Of a stretch of 64,000 nucleotides of DNA, positions 56,956 through 64,000 are shown piece by piece (the first letter of the stretch is position 1; every line of letters begins with the position of its first letter). This stretch comes from Balanoglossus misakiensis (Eukaryota; Animalia; Hemichordata), in assembly GCA_040954595.2 (NCBI GenBank), contig CM082576.2:15175028-15239027 (forward strand), written 5' to 3'. The translations under genes and the position numbers were made by a program. The notes beneath the pieces are model-generated. The model was not told the DNA's origin. It worked only from the letters and a program-made list of their open reading frames with translations, and ran no database searches.

Positions 56956-58243
56956 TTTTTGTATGCTGGGCTGACCAATGAACAACAACTGTGGCTTGCT
57001 AATGAACATAAAATTGGAGAATTCCACCATCCAATGGCATTTCAGGGAAAGATAAATATTGGATGATATTTTTACTACTTTAACTTCTAAACCACTATAG
57101 TTCGGACCAAATCCATTGATTTTTATGGTAATTTATGACATGTACACAAAGAAAATTGGGGTGAAAGGGTTATAAAGACCTACTATCAGTATCTTTTGTT
57201 AGCTCTGCTGACAGTGATGTGGAGCTTATCACATAGGTGGACTGTGTTGTTAGGGATGACCTTAGCCAATTGTACTTAATTGGAGGGTATCTTGAGATTA
57301 GACAAATTTTGCCATACAGGTTTACATCCCATGTGTCATTGTTAAACTACTGCTAATATGGCCAATGATTTGATTGCCAACTTAAACAAATATATCCAAA
57401 CTTGTGTTGTAACACGTACAATTTCCTTTTTTTCTCCGCCAACATAATTCACTGAACAAATGTGTATTATTTCTTTTTGCAAGTCAGTGTTTGTCTTCAT
57501 ACTCTCTGACCAGAGCAAAAGAAGAAAGCTGTTCACTGCTGTGCCAGACTTCAAAAAACTTGACGAACCCTTCTTTAATGTGAGGTTAAATAAGGAGCTA
57601 CAGCCAGTGCTGGCATTTATAATGAATAACCAAGATTCACCAGTTGTAGAAGAATTTGCAAGTTCCATGGTGGAGGTGCTCTTTCCAGAGATTTGCGTTC
57701 AAGAGATATCACCAGCATCACTCGATAATCTTTGTTCAGCTTTCCATGCTTTGTGGTTAAGTCCTTTAACAACCAATGTAACTGTTGCATTCGTTAAGAA
57801 TGCATCATTTAAATTTATCTGATCAAGGGGTTTTATTTCTAAAGCAGTGACTTTTTCATGACATGGCCAAACTTTTAGTGCAAGCTAGGTCCAGAGATAT
57901 TAAGTGCATGTTTCTCATTTAAGGATCTTGTGTTTACAAGAAAATTAAGAATTTACGAACAATGTACGCCAGGCATCGCTGAGGCCCCCAAAAGTGGGAG
58001 TAGCGCAGGGCAATTAGAGAAGCGGCAGTGGATTCTAAATAAGCTGAGCTTTTGCGATGAGTTCACAGTACCTAAAAGTACAAGGTCTACCTTTGATGCA
58101 CCTCAGGTAATGTAGATTATGACAGAATAGAGACATAGCATAGCATAGTACAGTATATCCATAAATATATATACATCAGAATAAATTATATCATGCAATG
58201 ACCACAAACAAATACTTACTTTGCATCATATATACCCCAATAA

Positions 58244-58680
58244 TGAGACAGTGTTTGGAAAGCAACCATGGATAATTTAGAACAATTGCCCGTTAATCTA
58301 GAGTCTACCGGAAAACTTTCTTATGCGCTCAAGCCTAATGTGTTCCACGCATCACAACGGAATATGCAAATAAAGAGACAGTGTTTGGAAGCAACGTTAA
58401 CCATGGATTATTTAGAACAATCCGACGATCTACAGAGTGTAGCGGAAAACTTTCTTATGCGCTCAAGCCTAATGTGTTCCACGCATCACAACGGAATATG
58501 CAAATAAAGAGACAGTGTTTGGAAGCAACGTTAACCATGGATTATTTAGAACAATCCGACGATCTACAGAGTGTAGCCCAAAACTTTCTTATGCGCTCAA
58601 GCCTAATGTGTTCTACGCGTCACAACGGGCCTAAGGCATATGCAAATAACGAGATGATGCTTGGAAGCAACCATGGATAT
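58244..58680. repeat. About 131-134-bp tandem repeat, about 3 copies
   Basis: GAGACAGTGTTTGGAAGCAAC recurs at about 58245, 58375, 58509. Confidence 0.9.
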
Positions 58681-59170
58681 TTTGTTCACGTAGACTTGAT
58701 ATCAAATCTTCTCTGTAATACTAGAGGTATCAATAGAACAAAGAAGACAAAAGAAACTTTCCCCAAGAGAATAGACTTTGTATTTGCAACTGTGGCAGTA
58801 TCAATTAACGTTATCTCCCACCCCAGTACACTACAAACCCGAACCAGTGCATCCATGCAAATTTGATTGTCTATATGCATTGTTGAATACCAGAAGTTAC
58901 ATGGTAAAGAATTTGAACAATCAAAAATAACCTTACGAGTTATTTTTGATTTAACCGCACAGTCTTGGAAGGCTGTTCCTGATTGGTAAGATTTTTGACA
59001 GCTCAATAACAACTGTGTTATCACCTCCTTGCCATGTCATTTACACTTCTGTCTGTTTAGCAAATTGTTCGTTATCGTTCTCCCTACAGTCTACACAACT
59101 TCATCATTATTCTCTTCGCAATCATTCGCTAGCTTTAGATATATTTTTTTCTCGATTTATTAGTTCTTAG

Positions 59171-59850
59171 TTAGGGCCCAAGCCTGCTTGGCTTGGGCCC
59201 TACTGGTTTTACTGGGGTTATTCTTCTACTCCTTGTGTAGTTTTTTAATGAGCTAGATCATTATTTAGCCTCATTATGAACTTAGATTACAATTACCAGT
59301 ACCAAAACCAGTTATAGATGAAGAACTTGCTGTTGCGTCGACCATGGGAAATTTCGCAAAACGGTTGGTCTACAGAATGTACAAGCCGGAGGAAAGGGCA
59401 AATCGAACGGTTACCGGGAAGTCCGGTAAAGGGCGTCAAAAGCTGCCATTGAGCCCCCGGAGACCAGCAGCCATAAAGGAGGCAGTTTGTACACACTATC
59501 CGACACACGTCCCAGATCTGGAGCGCAACAATGCGTGGAAAAATATTAGCTTGATTAATTTTGTTTGAAACTTTTTTTGTATACATGTAAATATTTTTGT
59601 CTTCTGAATTTATCAAATTAAAGTAAAATGAATAGTATTTTCAGTTCTGTGTTTTTTATTATGAACTTGAGATGAGCTTTAGATATATTTTTTTCTTGAT
59701 TTATAAGTTCTTAGTTAGGGCCCAAGCCTTCTATTGGTTTCACTGGGGTTTTTCTTCTACTTCTTGTGTAGTTTTATTGGTGAGCTAGATCTTGAAAACG
59801 GCTGAACCTGCAAATCTCAAACTTGGCACAATGGTGCAGGTCCATGAGAG
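59171..59850 (+). mobile_element. Two Helentron/HINE-like ends (59171 and 59714)
   Basis: TTAGGGCCCAAGCC-TGCTT-GGCTTGGGCCCTA hairpin, followed in copy 2 by GATCTTGAAAACGGCTGAACC..AAACTTGGCAC. Confidence 0.6.
59300..59565 (+). pseudogene. BEN-domain fragment
   Basis: SMGNFAKRLVYRMYKPEERANRTVTG..KLPLSPRRPAAIKEAV..W..I..IN. Confidence 0.7.
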
Positions 59851-59871
59851 CAGGTAAGTTATATTCAAAAA

Positions 59872-62776
59872 GTTTTGTCCCAGCAGAGACAGTGAAGAAT
59901 ACACTGTCAAGGATCTGAGGCAGCTCATTCCAAAGGTGGTGAATCCAACAGGCAAGTTACATTAAAAGTTGAATGATTTTTGTCAATATTTAGGTAGGCT
60001 CGATACTGAATGATGTTATGATCTTTATTTTTCAAAGACTTTTGTCCCAGCAGAGACAGTGAAGAATACACTACACTGTCAAGGAGCTGAGGCAGCTCAT
60101 TCTAAAGGCTGTCAAATTAAAAGTTGAATCATTTTTGTCAATTAACATTAAGTTAGGTTCAAGGACCAGGCTGGAAAGGAGGCAGTGGCCTCAAGTCGTA
60201 AAAAAGGTTTGTAGTGTTCTTATACGGTGAAAGAAATCATGTGAACATTTCAAATATATTGTTACTCGTGGGCATGTCACCAAAACATACTGTTATTAAA
60301 TGAAAAGTCCACCAGCCTGAATAGAGCAGGAACAACACTTAAATATATATTAATCTTTGTGAGACATGTCAGATAAATATATCATTTTCCAAATCATTAG
60401 ATAAACGTTTGGCCATTGCCAACCAACTATCAGTGGTCGTCATGTTCCTGAATGGCAATAAAGTTATATAATCTTTGTGAGACATAACGTCATATCATTA
60501 TATCATTTTCCATATCATTAGATCAAGCGTTGGTTGGCAATCACCAACCAACTATCAGTGGTCGTCATGTTCCTAAATGGCAAAAAGATTCAGTGGACCG
60601 GTAAGTAACTCGCTTATTACATATTATGATTTTATTTGAAAAAAGAACATTGTCTCGTATAGACGCTATTTTCTCCACCCAATTATTTTATGAATGTGCT
60701 TTATGGCATATTTATTTTCTAGCCTCAGAAGCACGCTTTTTAACAACTACAGTTTGAAATTGTTTAACATTTTTCAAATGCAGGTGCCGGGCATATGAAA
60801 GCTTTTGCCACAAACTAGAATGCAGTGAAGGCCTTCAGGAAAACAGCCTTCAAAAAAAGAAGCATGAAATCATTCAGCATCGAGTCGCAAGGCACAATAT
60901 TTTCAATATTTAGGGACCAAGAGTTTGGTCTTAGTAGTGAAGAATACACTGTCAAGGAGCTGAGGCAGCTCATACCAAAGGCCGTCACTCCAACAGGTAA
61001 GTTACATTAAAAGAGTTTTGTCCCAGCAGAGACAGTGAAGAATACACTGTCAAAGAGCTGAGGCAGCTCATTCAAGAGGCCGTCACTCCAACCGGTAAGT
61101 TACATTAAATTAGTTTTGTCCCAGCAGAGACAGTGAAGAATACACTGTCAAAGAGCTGAGGCAGCTCATTCCAGAGGCTGTCACTCCAACAGGTAAGTTA
61201 CATTAAAAGAGTTTTGTCCCAGCAGAGACAGTGAAGAATACACTGTCAAAGAGCTGAGGCAGCTCATTCCAGAGGCCGTCACTCCAACAGGTAAGTTACA
61301 TTAAATTAGTTTTGTCCCAGCAGAGACAGTGAAGAATACACTGTCAAAGAGCTGAGGCAGCTCATTCCAGAGGCTGTCACTCCAACAGGTAAGTTACATT
61401 AAATTAGTTTTGTCCCAGCAGAGACAGTGAAGAATACACTGTCAAAGAGCTGAGGCAGCTCATTCCAGAGGCTGTCACTCCAACAGGTAAGTTACATTAA
61501 AAGAGTTTTGTCCCAGCAGAGACAGTGAAGAATACACTGTCAAAGAGCTGAGGCAGCTCATTCCAGAGGCTGTCACTCCAACAGGTAAGTTACATTAAAA
61601 GAGTTTTGTCCCAGCAGAGACAGTGAAGAATACACTGTCAAAGAGCTGAGGCAGCTCATTCCAGAGGCCGTCACTCCAACAGGTAAGTTACATTAAAAGA
61701 GTTTTGTCCCAGCAGAGACAGTGAAGAATACACTGTCAAAGAGCTGAGGCAGCTCATTCCAGAGGCCGTCACTCCAACAGGTAAGTTACATTAAAAGAGT
61801 TTTGTCCCAGCAGAGACAGTGAAGAATACACTGTCAAGGATCTGAGGCAGCTCATTCCAAAGGTGGTGAATCCAACAGGTAAGTTACATTAAAAGTTGAA
61901 TGATTTTTGTCAATATTTATGTAGGCTCGATACTGAATGATGTTATGATCTTTATTTTTCAAACACTTTTGTCCCAGCAGAGACAGTGAAGAATACACTA
62001 CAATGTCAAGGAGCTGAGGCAGCTCATTCTAAAGGCTGTCAAATTAAAAGTTGAATCATTTTTGTCAATTAACATTAAGTTAGGTTGAAGGACCAGGCTG
62101 GAAAGGAGGCAGTGGCCTCAAGTCGTAAAAAGGGTTTGTAGTGTTCTTATTTGGTGAAAGAAATCATGTGAACATTTCAAATATATTGTTACTCGTGGGC
62201 ATGTCACCAAAACATACTGTTATTAAATGCAAAGTCCACCAGCCTGAATAGAGCAGGAACAACACTTAAATATATATTAATCTTTGTGAGACATGTCAGA
62301 TAAATATATCATTTTCCATATCATTAGATAAAACGTTTGGCCATTGCCAACCAACTATCAGTGGTTGTCATGTTCCTGAATGGCAATAAAGTTATATAAT
62401 CTTTGTGAGACACAACGTCATATCATTATATCATTTTCCATATCATTAGATCAAGCGTTGGTTGGCAATCACCAACCAACCATCAGTGGTCGTCATGTTC
62501 CTAAATGGCAAAAAGATTCAGTGGTCCGGTAAGTAACTCGCTTATTACATGTTATGATTTTATTTGAAAAAAGAAAATTGTCTCGTACAGACACTATTTC
62601 TCCACCCAATTATTTTATGAATGTGCTTTATGGCATATTTATTTTCTAGCCTTAGAAGCACGCTTTTTAACAACTACAGTTTAAAATTGTTTAACATTTT
62701 TCAAATGCAGGTGCCGAGCATATGAAAGCTTTTGCCACAAACAAGAATGCGGTGAAGGCCTTCAGGAAAACAGCCT
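59872..62776. repeat. About 1-kb segment duplicated (59872-60852 and 61797-62776)
   Basis: Direct near-identity of the two blocks. Confidence 0.9.
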
Positions 62777-64000
62777 TGAGGCAGCTCATACCAAAGGCCG
62801 TCACTCCAACAGGTAAGTTACATTAAAAGAGTTTTGTCCCAGCAGAGACAGTGAAGAATGCACTGTCAAAGAGCTGAGGCAGCTCATTCCAGAGGCCGTC
62901 ACTCCAACAGGTAAGTTACATTAAAAGAGTTTTGTCCCAGCAGAGACAGTGAAGAATACACTGTCAAAGAGCTGAGGCAGCTCATTCCAGAGGCCGTCAC
63001 TCCAACAGGTAAGTTACATTAAAAGAGTTTTGTCCCAGCAGAGACAGTAAAGAATACACTGTCAAAGAGCTGAGGCAGCTCATTCCAAAGGTGGTGAATC
63101 CAACAGGTAAGTTACATTAAAAGAGTTTTGTCCCAGCAGAGACAGTGAAGAATACACTGTCAAAGAGCTGAGGCAGCTCAATCCAAAGGTGGTGAATCCA
63201 ACAGGTAAGTTACATTAAAAGAGTTTTGTCCCAGCAGAGACAGTGAAGAATACACTGTCAAAGAGCTGAGGCAGCTCATTCCAAAGGCCGTCACTCCAAC
63301 AGGTAAGTTACATTAAAAGAGTTTTGTCCCAGCAGAGACAGTGAAGAATACACTGTCAAAGAGCTGAGGCAGCTCATTCCAAAGGTGGTGAATCCAACAG
63401 GTAAGTTACATTAAAAGAGTTTTGTCCCAGCAGAGACAGTGAAGAATACACTGTCAAAGAGCTGAGGCAGCTCATTCCAAAGGTGGTGAATCCAACAGGT
63501 AAGTTACATTAAAAGAGTTTTGTCCCAGCAGAGACAGTGAAGAATACACTGTCAAAGAGCTGAGGCAGCTCATTCCAAAGGTGGTGAATCCAACAGGTAA
63601 GTTACATTAAAAGAGTTTTGTCCCAGCAGAGACAGTGAAGAATACACTGTCAAAGAGCTGAGGCAGCTCATTCCAAAGGTGGTGAATCCAACAGGTAAGT
63701 TACATTAAAAGAGTTTTGTCCCAGCAGAGACAGTGAAGAATACACTGTCAAAGAGCTGAGGCAGCTCATTCCAAAGGTGGTGAATCCAACAGGTAAGTTA
63801 CATTAAAAGAGTTTTGTCCCAGCAGAGACAGTGAAGAATACACTGTCAAAGAGCTGAGGCAGCTCATTCCAAAGGTGGTGAATCCAACAGGTAAGTTACA
63901 TTAAAAGAGTTTTGTCCCAGCAGAGACAGTGAAGAATACACTGTCAAAGAGCTGAGGCAGCTCATTCCAGAGGCCGTCACTCCAACAGGTAAGTTACATT
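60935..64000. repeat. 98-bp tandem array in two blocks (about 9 and 12+ copies; runs off the window end)
   Basis: TCCCAGCAGA at 61021, 61119, ... and 62837 ... 63915. Confidence 0.97.

Larger units (their letters stand above)
50880..57795. repeat. Tandem segmental duplication: copy 1 about 50880-54088, copy 2 about 54089-57795
   Basis: Near-identical ORF pairs 50930/54140, 52394/56083, 53753/57460. Confidence 0.95.

Noticed and set aside
60935-64000. CRISPR-like array or hammerhead in the 98-bp repeat
   Set aside because: No unique spacers, no cas genes and eukaryotic context; the hairpins lack CUGANGA/GAAA cores on either strand

Overview
This is AT-rich animal genomic DNA with GT-AG introns. 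The repeat content suggests a marine invertebrate deuterostome (inference only). 1-12.3 kb holds two tandem minus-strand SLC51A/OST-alpha-like genes; one is complete (7 coding exons, about 411 aa) and has a 33x60-bp array built from an exon end plus its splice donor. 13-22 kb holds MITEs, LINE fragments and an intronless melatonin-receptor-like GPCR. 22.9-31.1 kb holds nested, rearranged Gypsy LTR elements. 35.4-39.2 kb is a young Ngaro-type retrotransposon with intact gag and RT, a -1 slippery site and a deleted tyrosine recombinase. About 33-64 kb is a mosaic of short, mostly plus-strand fragments of unrelated transposon genes with tandem duplications and satellites. Hidden in it are a type I hammerhead ribozyme on a 162-bp insert flanked by direct repeats, and a four-exon gene model for a small secreted peptide that the ORF track misses. 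All calls were made by eye, without database searches.
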